A stretch of 64,000 nucleotides of DNA, taken from assembly GCA_040285855.1 (NCBI GenBank), contig JAUFOQ010000017.1, positions 1,426,001 through 1,490,000 on the forward strand, read 5' to 3'. The position numbers were made by a program, and so were the translations under genes. The first letter of the stretch is position 1. Every line of letters begins with the position of its first letter. The notes under the pieces are model-generated. The model worked only from the letters and a program-made list of their open reading frames with translations. It had not been told where the DNA came from and searched no databases. Below are positions 1-13,001 of the stretch, piece by piece. The stretch comes from Eukaryota sp. GEM-RC1 (taxonomy: Eukaryota).

Positions 1-595
1 TACAAACAACTATCTCAAAGTAGCTACGACGGTGTCCTTTTAGAACTCAAGTTCACCAACTCTTGTCAGTCTGTTACTCATTCGCCTCCGTGGTGCAGAA
101 TCATTTCTCCTAAGCTGAGTGGAAGCAGTATCTTCAAAGGATCGGTTTGCTGGGAAGGCTTTCATTCAACAAGTAGGAGTGAAGAATACAATATGGAGAA
201 TTTGTTGATGGAATTTGCATATGTACTGATCCACGACATGAGAGCTTCCTTCAGTGGAAGTGAGAACTGGAGTCTTGAGTCTGCCCGGGAGGGAGAACAA
301 TACATTCTATCAGCACACAGGGATTGGAAACAATCAGCTTTTGTTTGACGTGTTTTAGAAATGTTAATAAACAAACATATATTGAGTTGACCAGAACCAT
401 TAAAAATTAAAAACCATAAACATGTGTAGCAACAAAAGGAACAAATCCTGATGTTTACTTGATATTAGGTCAGTTGTAGAAGTACTCGTACTGGTAGTTG
501 AAAGAGAAAAGAACAAATCCATTGTATTTGTCATCAAACTTTCCAATTTAATGAGATTAAAAATGACAACTCCTTTAAATGATAACGGACACCTA

Positions 596-1404
596 CAGTC
601 TACCCAGGACATAGTGCGTTCATTTTGGTACGCACTATATCCAGAAGCGCACTATATAGAGTAAAATGCTTGTGCACGATGATCATTGTAGATGTGGTCT
701 TTATTGTCTATAAACTAGGTTCTCAGTACGGTTGTCTAGAAGACAAGCAAGGTCACGGTTCTGGAACAGCTGAAGACCGGGAGTAGTGCTCGTGCAATTT
801 TATGAGTGTGGTTTGCAATGAAAGTGTGTACATCCAGATTCCCAATTAATTGACTCAGAAACACTTGGTTCTCTTACAATTCAACATAAGGAAGATAAGA
901 GTGAAGTTGCGAAAAGGTCAGACGGATCACAAAACCTCATAAGCGTAGTTTTCAAGTAACCTACGACAGGGAGTGGTGCGTACAAAGTTCTGAAGCACCT
1001 CAAACACAATAAATGCCCACCATGGGCTGAGGAAGTGGTGATACTCTCAATTCTTCTCAATATCAGCAAATTAGACACCCAGTGCATTGTCAATGGTATC
1101 TGATCCTTCTTTATCAATAGAGAGAGGAGATGTCAAGAGAAAACTGAGATGCTCTCAGTGAAGAATAGAAGTTGTCTCATATAAAAAGTAACGTCCACGG
1201 AGACCACGGAAGCAACTATTGATGTAGTATCATATTGAGAAAGGATAACGCGATGAAGTTTATTGATGGAAGAAGACTATAACAAAAGTGATGGAATGCA
1301 CGACAGAAGAAGATACGATTTACTAACAGAGTTAGGGAAGACACTATAATACTAGGTTAGTGCGCACGGCAGTGAAAAGTGCGCACTATATCCAGGGTAG
1401 ACTG
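596..1404. mobile_element. Non-autonomous Tc1/mariner-pogo-type TIR element (809 bp)
   Basis: 23-bp TIRs CAGTCTACCC(A/T)GGA(C/T)ATAGTGCG (21/23 match). TA on both sides (594-595, 1405-1406). Subterminal CGCACTATAT repeats. No intact ORF inside. Confidence 0.85.
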
Positions 1405-3587
1405 TACAGTTGAAAAACAGCAAATTAAAAAACACAATCTCTACAGAAACACAATAAATTACAATTTCATTAAATAACAAGAATTCTTTAAGAGTTTTTT
1501 TTAACGAATTATTTATTCTAAATGTAATAGACAATAACACTACAGTGTACATACATCTAATAATCAATATCCTCAAAGTCCAGATTGCCTAACTGGAAAT
1601 TTTCACCTACCTTATCTTCATAATGTCTGCCAAGAGATAATAAAGCGCTAGATACAGAAGTGACCATACCTTTAAAGATAGCAAACACAATTCGACTTTT
1701 CCAAAATCTAAGATCAAAAGTCCTAGATGTTTTTTCTTTTACAATCTTCACAAAGATTTCAAGTAATGATGTTGCAGATTCACCTAAAGAACCGTACAGT
1801 GAAAGTACAAAAGGGTACAACAAGTAATTCGAGTGTGAAGCCGAATTCAATAATTTCAATTTAGCACAATATTTTTTCTTTTTTAAATTTTTCACCTATC
1901 AACAGAGGGTCTTTAGCATTAGATTTAGCAAGTTTCTTGTTGGAATCATTACAAACATCGATAGACATAACATCAGCAATAATGAAAGATCCATCGAGAC
2001 CAGGAAATATGACATCACCACGGCTATTTCCAAACGATTTGTCAACATCGGTATCATCAAACAAACCCGCCAGAACTGGTTCTAAAAAGGAAACTATTCC
2101 ATAAGATTTACACATACAATATAATTGATCCCTTACTGAATCATGAACCTTACTTCTAAAAAGAAATATAACGGTTACAATTCAATAAATGTGTAGGTGT
2201 TACAGATTGCCCACATTGGCATTTCAAATTATGTGGAAGGTTATCAGGCCAAATATATGAGCGTAAACGCATGTTTAATGACCAAGAGTTATCATCAAGA
2301 AGAAGACCGTAAACTTGAGGGATTTGAGTAATCAGACATGATGCAGAGCTATTAGAAACATCCGTTAAGAAATTTGCAAAAGCGGGATTTTTTTCCTTGG
2401 CCATGCCAAGTCGAACATTATAATCCAAGCTTTCAAAAATATTTGTAAGTTTCTGTTGTAATTTTTTCAGACAGAACTGAAGATTAGTTAAACGTCTTTC
2501 AGGTATTTCAGACACAGATTCTGGGAAACACTGAGACCAAACGTTAAAAGGTAATTTGATTAACGCTTCGTTTAAGTCAAATAAATATTTACATGAATTG
2601 GGGTTAATAAGTGAAATATCATTAGGAAATCGATTAACAAATTCAAAGATGAAATTTTTTCCACCGCCTAAAAAAAGCAGATTTGCAAAGAATCGATGAT
2701 TTGGTAAAACCAATACCACCAAAATGAGCAGAAGTAAACAAATGACTTCTAAGTAAGGTTGAATCAACTTCTAACAATGAAGCAAAAAAATTAATCCTCA
2801 ACTCGTTAAAAGATCTACAAAAGTTCAGAGCGATTGAAGGAGCAGTAGATGTCAAAAGATGTGTGATTTTTCCGGAGTAGCAAATTTTTAAAATAAAAAA
2901 CTTGATATGTTTTTCAATATCATATGAAGAAATTGTGTTGAGCTCATAGTTGGGAAATACACCACCTCCGAAAAAAAATACAAAAAAATACAAAAAATAC
3001 AAAAATACAAAAAAATACAAAAAATACAATGTTCAATCAAAAACACGACCAACAAAATAAAGTTATTGTATAGATCACAATGAGTTATTTTGTGATGCTC
3101 ATTAATTGCCAACAACACTGTCGTAATCATAAGAAAATTTCAGTGTTATCAATTTTCAGAAATGCGCCAAATGTGTCAAATGCGCACATTTTGCGCATTT
3201 GGCGCATTTTGACGCCTTTTACGCATTTGGGATTTTGTGATCTTGCGCATTTTGACTTTGAGATTTTTTTTGAATTTTTTTGTGCTTCTGTATAAGTCTC
3301 TATATCTCTATATACAATAACAGTGATGTTGATCTCAAAACAGTGTTTTGCAGTACCTCTTTCGTTGGACAAATGTAAAGTTGTATTGTACACAATTCAA
3401 TGAACATTCTTTTGATATCACAATGGAAATTGGTTTAAAATCAGTGAAGTTAGTGTATGGTTGTGGGATTCAACCAAAACTTTTGATCAAAAGTCTGTTT
3501 TACCCATATTTACGAACAATGTAAATCGATACAAAACCATATACGGTTAATATCGTGTAAAATACTGAATGAAATATGGTTTAAAAA

Positions 3588-4682
3588 TGTTAGTGAAGAT
3601 AACGATACCTAGTAGGTATCTTCACCTCTGATGACGTGGCATCTATTCTTAAGGATCTCTAGCAACAATAAACACTTCTTCTTCTTTTCATTTGTATCAA
3701 CGTTGACCTTACGGCAACAATAATTATTGGCCCTCACTGCAGATGTTTTCTACCCGCGTAGTTCTCCCCTCACTTTCTTCCATGAAAGTAGAAGACTTAC
3801 TCCTGTTCCTACAACAATGGAAAATGTACTCTTCCGTCACCTCGAAAAGGACCTTGTTCCGCCAAGGCTCCTCGTTGACCCCTTCTTACTAGAGTCTTTG
3901 ATTCTTACTAAGCCTGGGGTTGATGCCTCTGAAGAGGTTTTCTTGGATCACCTGAGATCCACCACCTCGTTCTCAACGTACGAGGAATTCCACTCTGTGA
4001 TATCTGAGATTAGAGTTGATGTCCGAGAAGGCGATGTCCGTGAACGAATGTCAGGCTACCTGAGGCGTTTTCTTCAGGCGAAAAGCCGGGCTTCCGGACT
4101 GAAGTTGCCTGACTCAGCTTTTATGACACGATTTGCCAAGGGGATCCTTCCCATGGGCTTGCAAAAATCGTTGATAGCTCGGATCCGCGATGAGGTCTTC
4201 CCTGACTTCTCTACCTTAGTAGATACTGCAACGGATGAGTTGCTTGATTGTTCCAGAGTAGCCTCATGGAATAAGTCTACAAGGATTCCTGCCGAAAACA
4301 GCGATCCCTCCCGTCAAGTTGGCACGAAGTCCCGTTCTTCGGATAGATCTCGCAATTTGGCTAATGGTACTTGTTTTAAGTGCCATCAGAATGGCCATTT
4401 AGCTCGCGACTGTCCTTCTAAGGTAAAACACGAAATTCACTTCCTGTCTCATGCAAATGACTCGTATCCAGGTCCCAAGCATTTGTTGAACCCCCTTTCA
4501 GAGTTCAAATAAGTTCTCTGCACAGCTTCAAAAGAAATGGGAAAATGTAGTGTTAGTGAAGATAACGATACCTAGTAGGTATCTTCACCTCTGATGACGT
4601 GGCATCTATTCTTAAGGATCTCTAGCAACAATAAACACTTCTTCTTCTTTTCATTTGTATCAACGTTGACCTTACGGCAACA
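3588..4682 (+). mobile_element. Gag-only miniature LTR retroelement (1095 bp; TRIM/TR-GAG-like)
   Basis: Identical 132-bp LTRs (3588-3719, 4551-4682) with TGTT...AACA ends. Purine-rich tract before the 3' LTR. AAAA TSD. Single internal Gag-like ORF and no pol. Confidence 0.92.
3743..4512 (+). CDS. Gag-like protein with C-terminal CCHC zinc knuckle
   Basis: ORF 3727-4512 ends with CFKCHQNGHLARDC. The probable true start is ATG 3743 (MFSTRVVLPSLSSMKVEDLLLFLQQW), which joins the long frame if one A is restored in the run at ~3845. Confidence 0.8.
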
Positions 4683-5542
4683 AAAACCATTTATGAAGAC
4701 ACCAACGTCCACTGTTTGACCTTAAAGTTGAAACACATTTTCTGTATAGAGTATGTGATCAACAGTAACAGTTGTTTAATGAGATTGGTCAATGAGAAGA
4801 GGATATGCGTTTTCCAGCTCTCAACTCAGCTTAAAGACTTTCAACGAGTTCTGAACACCGTTTTGAACAAGAAAACATTCCGTCGGCCACGGTACAAAGT
4901 GTTGTTTCAAACGATTAGTTCCAGTGACGGACTGGTGGACACAATGACGATAATGAACTGTAGCTTCTGATACAACAGAACCTTTGGAAGGAGGTTGGTA
5001 TACAATTGTAGAGTGATGCCAAATGATGTGGGATTTTGATACATATCGAAAGGGATATGGAATATAAAGAATTACGAGTACATGTATCAGCACGACGAAA
5101 AAGATTTTTATTTATGGGTGTCTCAAGTTCGAAATCAGAATGCGCAGAAATGCGCGCATTTGGCGCATTTTGACGCATTTCATTTCTGGAAAAAGTGCGC
5201 ATTTGACAAATTTTCTTCCATCTCATACAAGGAAACATCCAGTTTGAAGAGGCCGTGCTTACAAGGTAATCAGTAGAGTCTTTTCTTCGGCCACTGAGAG
5301 AGAAAAGTGACGAAGAGTCGTTGCTGTCTGCATTCTGAACTATTTCACCTTCATCAATGTCGTTGAGACATACTACAAAACAGTGAGAGTGTTGATATTT
5401 TACAAAATTTGGAAGAGAGAAATAGGAGTAGGAAGAAATGAGAATTGAACACATAAATATGCGTTTCGGAAACGCATTTTGGAAACGTGGAAACGTTTCT
5501 GAAACGTTTCAGCCAAATTTTGTTACGTTTCTCGTAACACTA

Positions 5543-6324
5543 GTTATATGTGTGCAAAATTTTGTTAGATAGGGTGTGCATAAATTCTGAACACACCTCT
5601 AGCTAGACCAATTCATGCAACACCAACACCAATTCATCCCACACTGCAGTCATGTTGCATCCAACAAGAACTTGTCTTTATTAAACTAAACTACTATAAC
5701 ATCATACTTCCTATTTTCTTACTTGAGGACTTCTGGTTCGTGTGTGACTTGTCTTTCCACAGATGCCGCATTTGTAAGGGGCTCTTCTAGACACATGTCT
5801 AGCATTTATTTGAGTGGATTTTGCAGGTTGCCTCTCAACATATACTAGTGGTTTCCAGTAAGGAAATCTTAAGCTTGGTTTTTGCTGACGCAACAACTCT
5901 CTCATAATCTGGCTGACGGACAAGTCATTGGTGATCTTTCCAAGGCAGTATCAGCATACATATGTTCTTTAACTTGATGAACACAAGGAAATCTATAGTG
6001 ATACTGGTGGTACATCTGCATTCTCCTTGTGGAAGAACTGTTTCTTTCAGCTTCTTATTAATAAACAAGATAACCATGGCCAAACGACTCTTTGGAAACC
6101 AGTTTTATTGACAGTAAAACACAGAGACTTAGCCCACTGTTGAAGTGCATGGACTATTTTTTCAGAAGATGAATACGAACCAAGATGGGTTGGTGAGATG
6201 GTAGCAAAAGATTCATGATTGGAAGACATTACAGAAAAACCAGATGCACACAGATAACAAAAAATGCACATGTATAACAAGTGCACACAGATAACAAAAT
6301 TTTGCACACGTATAACATTACCCC
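5543..6324 (-). mobile_element. Internally deleted Mutator (MULE)-like element
   Basis: Inverted repeat GTTATA(T/C)GTGTGCAAAATTTTGTTA at 5543 and ~6292-6316. Remnants of a FAR1-like N-terminus (ALQQWAKSLCFTV), a SWIM-like C.C...PCVH motif and a C-terminal knuckle YKCGICGKTSH. No TSD found. Confidence 0.65.
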
Positions 6325-6362
6325 ATATCATCCCACATACTTCATCTTTTTTATCCTTCTCA

Positions 6363-8251
6363 CTAGTCAATTTCTACTATATCATCTTCAGTGCGAGCAT
6401 TTGTCTTCCTAGATCTTGACTTTCTCCGAGGTTTTCCAGCTTGTGGAGAAATTGTTGCCAACATGAGTGTGACATCACTTTCTTCCATTAACCCAGTTAG
6501 TCCATCATCCGGGACAGCTTGCTCTTCATTTACCTCTTCATTCTCAGTACTGTTTCCCTCTTCACTTTCTTTGTCGTTTTGGTCATCAAGATCATCATCA
6601 ACAGTTAGATCCAAATCATCAATCACATCAGATATATCCAATTCTGCATCCTGATTGATCAATTCTTCATCCAGATTGATCCGTAACTCACACCATTAGC
6701 GTCTTTACACCTCACTTCTTTGGTCTTAAGCAACCATTCTCTCATCGTTTCACTGGTAAATACCTTTTCTGGCTTCAAAAGTTGAGGAAAATTGTATTGA
6801 ACACTCAATGCCAGATCAAGATTTCGATCTGTAAGTTTGGATCTCTTTTTGCCCGCTTGGTGATCCAACAAACTGAAATTTCGTTCACACATTGAAGCAG
6901 ATCCAGTTTTTGAGTTACTCGTACACCGATATGGTACAAGTTGGGAAATTCTTTAGAACCGTAACCTTCCCACCAATGGTGTGGAGCCATTGTAGCAGAT
7001 TGAATCAAATATACGTGATTGGTTCTGAATTGGCGAAATTCTTTGATCAACAAATCTTTGGCTGATTGAAAATGTCCTTCGAATAAATCGTCAAGAGGTT
7101 GGTAAAGTGCTAAATTTGAAAACAACTCACCATTCTTTTGTCTCAAAGCCGGGTTGAGAATTCTTGCAATCAATATCGCAGAAGTTGAGATGTAGACAAC
7201 TCGAGCTTTTATGTGTTCGTCGAATGAAAATATCCTTGAGTGTAAAAGTTCTTCAGAAAAAACCTCTCTTCGTGCAATTGTGTTCAACTTTTTAGCACAT
7301 TGATTGATTGAATTTCTTACCATAACTCTAGTGCAACATAATGCAAAATGTCCGAAAGCAGCAAAGCCAGCTGGACATCCGTCACTGATACGAAGCAGAC
7401 TGAATATTGGGTCAACAGCTGACAGAAATAGTTGAACATCCATCCAAAAGTGGACAAATACATCTTCACTCTTCACCATTTGCTTAACAAGTTCTAGAAG
7501 CTCTCTGAAATTCGAATCTGTTGTTGACTCCATTTTTTGGATATATGCTTCACTATCCACGACATCAATCATTGACTCCTTATTTTTCAAAATGGTTTCA
7601 AGGGTCATAACTACATAACACAATCTTGTGAGCGGATAAGTTCGAAGTCGAATTCCTCCAGCTTTTAACAACCATTTCGTGATTTGTTTTTTGTTCCGAA
7701 ATACTTTAATCAAAGCCCTTGTACAGCTCAACAACTCTTTCACCCAGTTCTCTGATGCAAAATCATTCAGTAGTAAATTCATCGAATGAGTCAAGCAGTG
7801 TGAATGAAGAATGTGTACTTTATCACTATTTGTTTGTGACTGGAGGAAATAATCGACAGCACTGGCATTCACACTGGCGCCGTCTAGTGATAGCCAATAA
7901 ATGCGGCGTGCCAAATCGATGACACGCGGAGTCTCAAATAATCCATCAAAACCAGAGTCTTCACTATGCTCTTGAACCATTTTCTTTACTTCATCAATTA
8001 CTAATTGAATTATAGAAGCCACATGTTCAGAATTCGGAGTGTTCTCGCCCGTTACGACACTTCCAAGATAAAAACTTCTCCTATTGGAGGTTATAATTAT
8101 ATATATTTATAGTTATATTGTGACGGGGATCTGTACTTGTTGAGTATCCGTCGATGGATATTTCCAGAGAGTGAGTACGAATCGATGGGACAAGACAATT
8201 TGATACTAATTGATCCAAATTGTCTTTGAGTTCTGGTAGATAGTAATCGAC
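6363..8251 (-). pseudogene. hAT-family transposase, 5'-truncated and frameshifted
   Basis: Catalytic-type motifs ISIDG and SLDGASVN, C..H (HCLTH), and the hATC dimerisation signature WW...FPNL...SASMCERNFS...KKRSKL, followed by an acidic tail. Confidence 0.88.
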
Positions 8252-10409
8252 TTGAGCTCTGAACCAATTTTGTCCAAACAATTAGATAATTCTTGAGAAA
8301 TTTTAAGAACATTCCCAAGCCAACATCCTAGAAAACGAAAAGCGCCTTCAACATAATTGATAAATGGAATCTGAACTCCATAAATACATAATTCTTTTGT
8401 AGATCTACCAATTAATAAACATTTGTCTGGGTTCAGAGATAAACCCAATGTTTCATAAATATCAGCCACTTCTACAGCGATCTTTTTAACAATTCAAGGG
8501 GACCAATAATAGAAATATCATCCATATAGCCAACTATCTTAAGGTCTGGGCATTTTTTTAAAATACACAAAAGCGAATCATTGAATAGCCAAACAAAGGA
8601 AAAGAGGACCAAGAGGATCTCCTTGTTTAACACCAGACATAGATTTCAATGAATATGAATCATAAATTAAATCGCTTGGTTTTCGATAAAATAAATAAAA
8701 GTAGGACGTCAACTCAGGAAAGTCTTTTTCAATAGCAGCAAAAACAGATTTACGACTAACTGAATTAAGCGCATTTATGAAATCAAGATTAAAAATGAAA
8801 TTATCATCATGTGAATTGAAAAACAAATCTGATGTTAAGGCAGCAACAGAAGCTCCGTCAATTGTCTTAATTCCAAATTGAAATGGAAACAAAAAGCGAC
8901 CCGCTTTATCGACCACTCGATTAAACACAATTGATGCGAATAAACGAGAAATTGATTCTCCAACTGCAATTGGACGGATTCCATCAGGCTTAATTCCGTT
9001 ACCTGGTTTTACTAAAGCAATAAGTCGAGCAGCAGTCAATTCAATTGGAGGAATGACTTTCAAACAAACCATCTGTTGGAAGTAATTAGCAAGATCTTTA
9101 GAAATTTCTGGAGCTGACTTGCAAGCAGCTACAACAAATCAAATAAAATACCTGAAGGTCCAGCTGCTTTACCTTTAGGAAGTCTAGCAATAGCATTTGC
9201 AACTTCAGTTGGGAAAATAGGATTATCAATCCAGAATTGACAAATTTGAGGTTTAACACACAAAAACTCTTCTTTTGAATGCAATTTGACCATTTTCTGA
9301 ACCGTTTTAGAATTTGGAATAGCCATTGCTGAAGAAAAGATAGACTTAACTCCAGAACCATAACGCCCACGAAGACATAATTTCCGGACCACCTTACTGT
9401 TAGAAAATGATTTAACTTTTTCAGAACTTGATTTCCTCAACATCATTTTGTTCTTTTTAGCAAGAACTTCCAGAACCTCGTGATATTTCACCGGTTCTGG
9501 TTCAGGTTTGACGTAAATGCCTGTAATTCCATAGAAAGAGGAATAGAAGCCGAAGGACTGGATTCAACTGGAATTTTGACTGGACAACGCAAAGAATCGA
9601 TCGTTGTACAGGATTTACAAAAAAGAAGGGGTCTGCCATTAAGCACATCAGTCACAATTTTATGACAAAACGCACAACTAGAAGAATTTTTAGTCGCTGG
9701 TTTTTCTGTGAAGTCACTAACTGAAGCAAGAAGTAATTCAGCGGAATCAAGGTCTTCAGATTTAGGAGTATCAAAGGAGTCAAGATCAAGAGATGATTTG
9801 AGAGAAAAAGAATCAGACTGAAGTTTTAACTGTTCTTCTTGAGCTACTGGACATGTTGTAATATAATGGCCAGACTGGCCACAATTAGAACAACACCTAG
9901 AAGTCTTAATTGGTTTCAATGAAATTTCTTTAACAATTAAATCAGGTTGAACAGAAGGGTCACATGAAGCTTTAAACTTCGAAGAGTGTGAAGCATAAGA
10001 AGAAGAAGAATTAAGACCAACTGATGAATTGAGCACTTTCTCAGCTAAAGGGCTTACAGGAAAAACCGGAATCGTAACTTGATGCAAAGAACGTGTAGAA
10101 GGAGCAGGAGAGTCAGAAAAAACAGCAGACGGCAATTGATCAGAAAGAGAAGGAACATTCAAATTGGAGAAGGACTTTCTCATAACCAATCTATTGGAAA
10201 GTGGAGGATACGGGTTTCGCTGAGACAAAGAAGAAGATAAAGAAGTAACATGAAGAGGAGCAACCAGAGGTCTCGCAGCAGAAAAAGATGATGAAAGAAA
10301 CGAAGCCGACTTACCACTGATACGTTTCACAGGGTCAGGGTTTTTTTGGGAAGATGGCGAGAAGCAGATTTTGGAAGAAAAGTGCCAGAAGGCATGTGGG
10401 AGAAAAAAA

Positions 10410-10454
10410 TTTAAGAGTCATCTGACTTTAAGAGTCATCTGACTTTAAGAGTCA
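10410..10454. repeat. 17-bp tandem/fold-back repeat (TTTAAGAGTCATCTGAC) at the 5' junction of the CRE element
   Basis: About 2.6 copies seen directly. Each unit is the TSD plus an inverted copy of adjacent target sequence. Confidence 0.85.
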
Positions 10455-11737
10455 GGATGTAACATTCTTCTTGGCCTATACTAAGCTGATTGAACACTTC
10501 TTTCCAAAGAGGAAGGTGTAAACGAATACTTTCCAGTTGGACTAGGAGATTCTTTTTCATCGGATTTCAGAGGCACTTCTAGTTCGAGAAGTCGTGAGAC
10601 TTCTGATTGATGACGTGGCAGGCGATGATTGACTGGTATTGTCCACCTTCCCCAATTCTTTTGAATACCACGCAATCAACTCTTGATTCTTCTGATTTTC
10701 TGTTTCTAAAGTTTCAATTTTTGTAGATAATTTTAAAATTTCATCTTTCTGCTCAGAACTTCTAGATCGCTCATTCATCAGATTTTCCTCTAACTCAGTG
10801 ATTCCACTATCTCTACTTCTCACAAGTTGCTCCAACTCTGAAACTCTTCCACGTGCTGCATTTATCTCTGATCGAACTCTCTCAAGACCATCGCTTTATC
10901 CTTGTAATCTAACATTTGCTTCAGTAATGGTTTCTCTAAATATCAGGTTTTCCTTTTCCAAGTGAGTTATCTGCTTTGTCAAGTCTTGCTTCTCTTCTGA
11001 AGAAAAAGACAGGGACTTTTGAGAACCAGAGAGATCGTCTTTAACTTCTTCCAACTAGGATCTAAGAGAACTTAATTGCGATAGAAGACATTCATTACTT
11101 TTGATTTTCTGCTTCCAAAGTTTCAATCTTTGTACATAATTTTAAAATTTAATCTTTCTGCTCAGAACTTCTAGATCGCTCATTCATCAGATTTTCCTCT
11201 AATTCAGTAATTTCACTATCTTTACTCCTCACAATTTGGTCCAACTCTGAAACTCTTCCCCGTGCTACATTTCTCTCTGATCGAACTCTCTCCAGACCAT
11301 CGCTATATCCTTGTAATCCAACATTTACTTCAGTAATGGTTTCTCTAAATATCAGGTTTTCCTTTTCCAAGTGAGTTATCTGCTTTGTCAAGTCTTGCTT
11401 CTCTTCTGAAGAAAAAGACAGTGACTTTTGAGAACCAGAGAGATCGTCTTTAACTTCTTCCAACTAGGATCTAAGAGAAGTTAATTGCGATAGAAGAGAT
11501 TCATTCTCGGTAGTTAACTTGGAGTTTAAAGCTTCTTTTTCAGACAGTTTGGCCTTTAATGATGCAGTTATTGAGCGTAGATCTTCGACACGTGTTTCTA
11601 AATCTAATTGGTGGCGTGATGAAGTGGCAATTTGATCGTTCAATCTTTGGATCGTATCAATACTTTTTTGATTAGAAGAGCTCAGGTGAATTTCCAATTG
11701 AGAGATCTGTCATTGAAGATCAAGAACAAGACTTTCC
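10445..11737 (-). pseudogene. SAS-6-like paralogue B, coiled-coil/C-terminal portion with internal tandem duplication
   Basis: Near-identical to 14105-14535 (inverted) and to part of the 26177-28606 copy. In-frame stops. The ~10710-11095 segment is repeated at ~11100-11500. Confidence 0.8.
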
Positions 11738-11880
11738 AAAGTATTCGTTTAGTCCTACGTCTTTAGAATTATGTCTGAATTCAGCTAAGTATAGGCCAAG
11801 AAGAATGATACGTTCTGATTCGTAGGATATTCTTGGAGTATATTGTGTGTTTTCATGGTTTCAATGTGAGTTGGAAATCA
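11736..11880 (+). pseudogene. 3' end fragment of SAS-6-like paralogue A
   Basis: Matches 18239-18380 (PKYSF.PTSLEL.LNSAKYRPRRM.RSDS stop plus 3' UTR), fused in opposite orientation to the paralogue B fragment. Confidence 0.85.
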
Positions 11881-12080
11881 CTATTTTTTGGCTTTTATTG
11901 GTCTTTATAAAGATTATTTGTGCTTCCTGTTCAAAGGTTAATTCTCTACTTCAGTTCTTGTACTATCAAGAGTAGTTATCAAACCTCTACTTTTAAATAT
12001 ATTTCTATTACATCACTGTCATCAGGTTTCTTCAAGTTCTGTATTCTGAGTTCAGTGTTGACTGATTTACGGTTTTAAAC

Positions 12081-13001
12081 CATACTTGGAAAATACAGAC
12101 ACTCCCTGAAAAAAATACAGAAAATACCAAATTACAGAAAAAACACTTAATACAGAAAAATACAAAATAACTCGACCTAAGATAACTTTCCCAATAGTCA
12201 TGGTGAGAACTTTTTCTGTTTTTTAAAGTAACAATGACAAAAATTATATGGTTTTCACAGCCAAACTAAACATAACAAAACATCAAAAATACCCGAACAA
12301 ATATCAGGAAACCATTATTTAGTTTGCTGTCTTTTTTTGAGCAGCTGCCTTTCCAAAACACTCTTTCAATCATTCCAAAGGTTGAGAATCCCCGAACACA
12401 TCAAGAGAATTGGGTTATTTTTCATCGTCAGACGAGTTTGTGACAACAATATACAATATATTCAGCAAGAAGAACTACTCTACTTGCAATTTATCTTCCA
12501 TAAAACACGGTTGCATATGCTATCTTCATTGTCATCATCACAAACTGCTTCGTTTTCGAGAAGAAGTACATCAACACGAGATCTTTGACCATCATATATG
12601 TGCATACTCATACCTCCATTGGTAGTTAAAAAAAGTTAAACACTAGTGTTACCTGTTTTGAAAAGTTGATGTAAATTAAATTGCGGGTCTAGAGATCTAT
12701 CCAATGTTGCGTGTGAAGGACATTTCGGCCTTTTTGACTCTTAATGGTCCAGATAAGACCAATTGGTGTCTAGTATGTTTCCAAATTACGACCAACACGT
12801 AGATATAGAGAAAATTGAACAGTACATCTTCATCCAAAAATTGTCTTGGTACCATTTTATCCATAAAAATACAGAAAATACAGTATTAATTCAGCATAAC
12901 AAAATTCAAAAAATACAGTATTTATCGAGCCTGGGAAAATGCAAAAAAAGCAAAAAAAGCAAAAATACAAAAAAATACAGTATTTGTATTTTCCAAGTAT
13001 G
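12081..13001. mobile_element. Non-autonomous hAT element (921 bp)
   Basis: Perfect 17-bp TIR CATACTTGGAAAATACA. 8-bp TSD TTTTAAAC/TTTCAAAC. AAAATAC subterminal repeats. Confidence 0.88.

Larger units (their letters stand above)
2945..8251 (-). mobile_element. hAT DNA transposon with one end deleted, carrying nested elements
   Basis: Starts with CATAGTTGGGAAATAC plus AAAATAC subterminal repeats, like the hAT element at 12081. TTGAGCT is duplicated at 2938-2944 and 8252-8258. Contains a transposase that runs up to the right junction. That the TIR and the transposase belong to one element is inferred. Confidence 0.7.
1496..10409 (-). mobile_element. Full-length CRE-clade (RLE-type) non-LTR retrotransposon, family F1, interrupted by a nested insert at 2945-8251
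   Basis: 5' part (8252-10395): CCHC knuckle CSNCGQSGHYITTC and RT motifs IRPIAVGE, QFG, LDF.NA.NSVSR, GVKQGDPLGP, GYMDD. 3' part (1557-2944): C.CG..HLLNC finger and RLE-like RGD...D domain. Short A tail. 9-bp TSD TTTAAGAGT at 1487-1495 and 10410-10418. The two halves are contiguous in the copy at 25.7 kb. Confidence 0.9.

Noticed and set aside
2643..3393. ORFs rich in YFLYF or CAF/RI repeats
   Set aside because: They are translations of transposon subterminal repeats (AAAATAC, GCGCATTT), not proteins.
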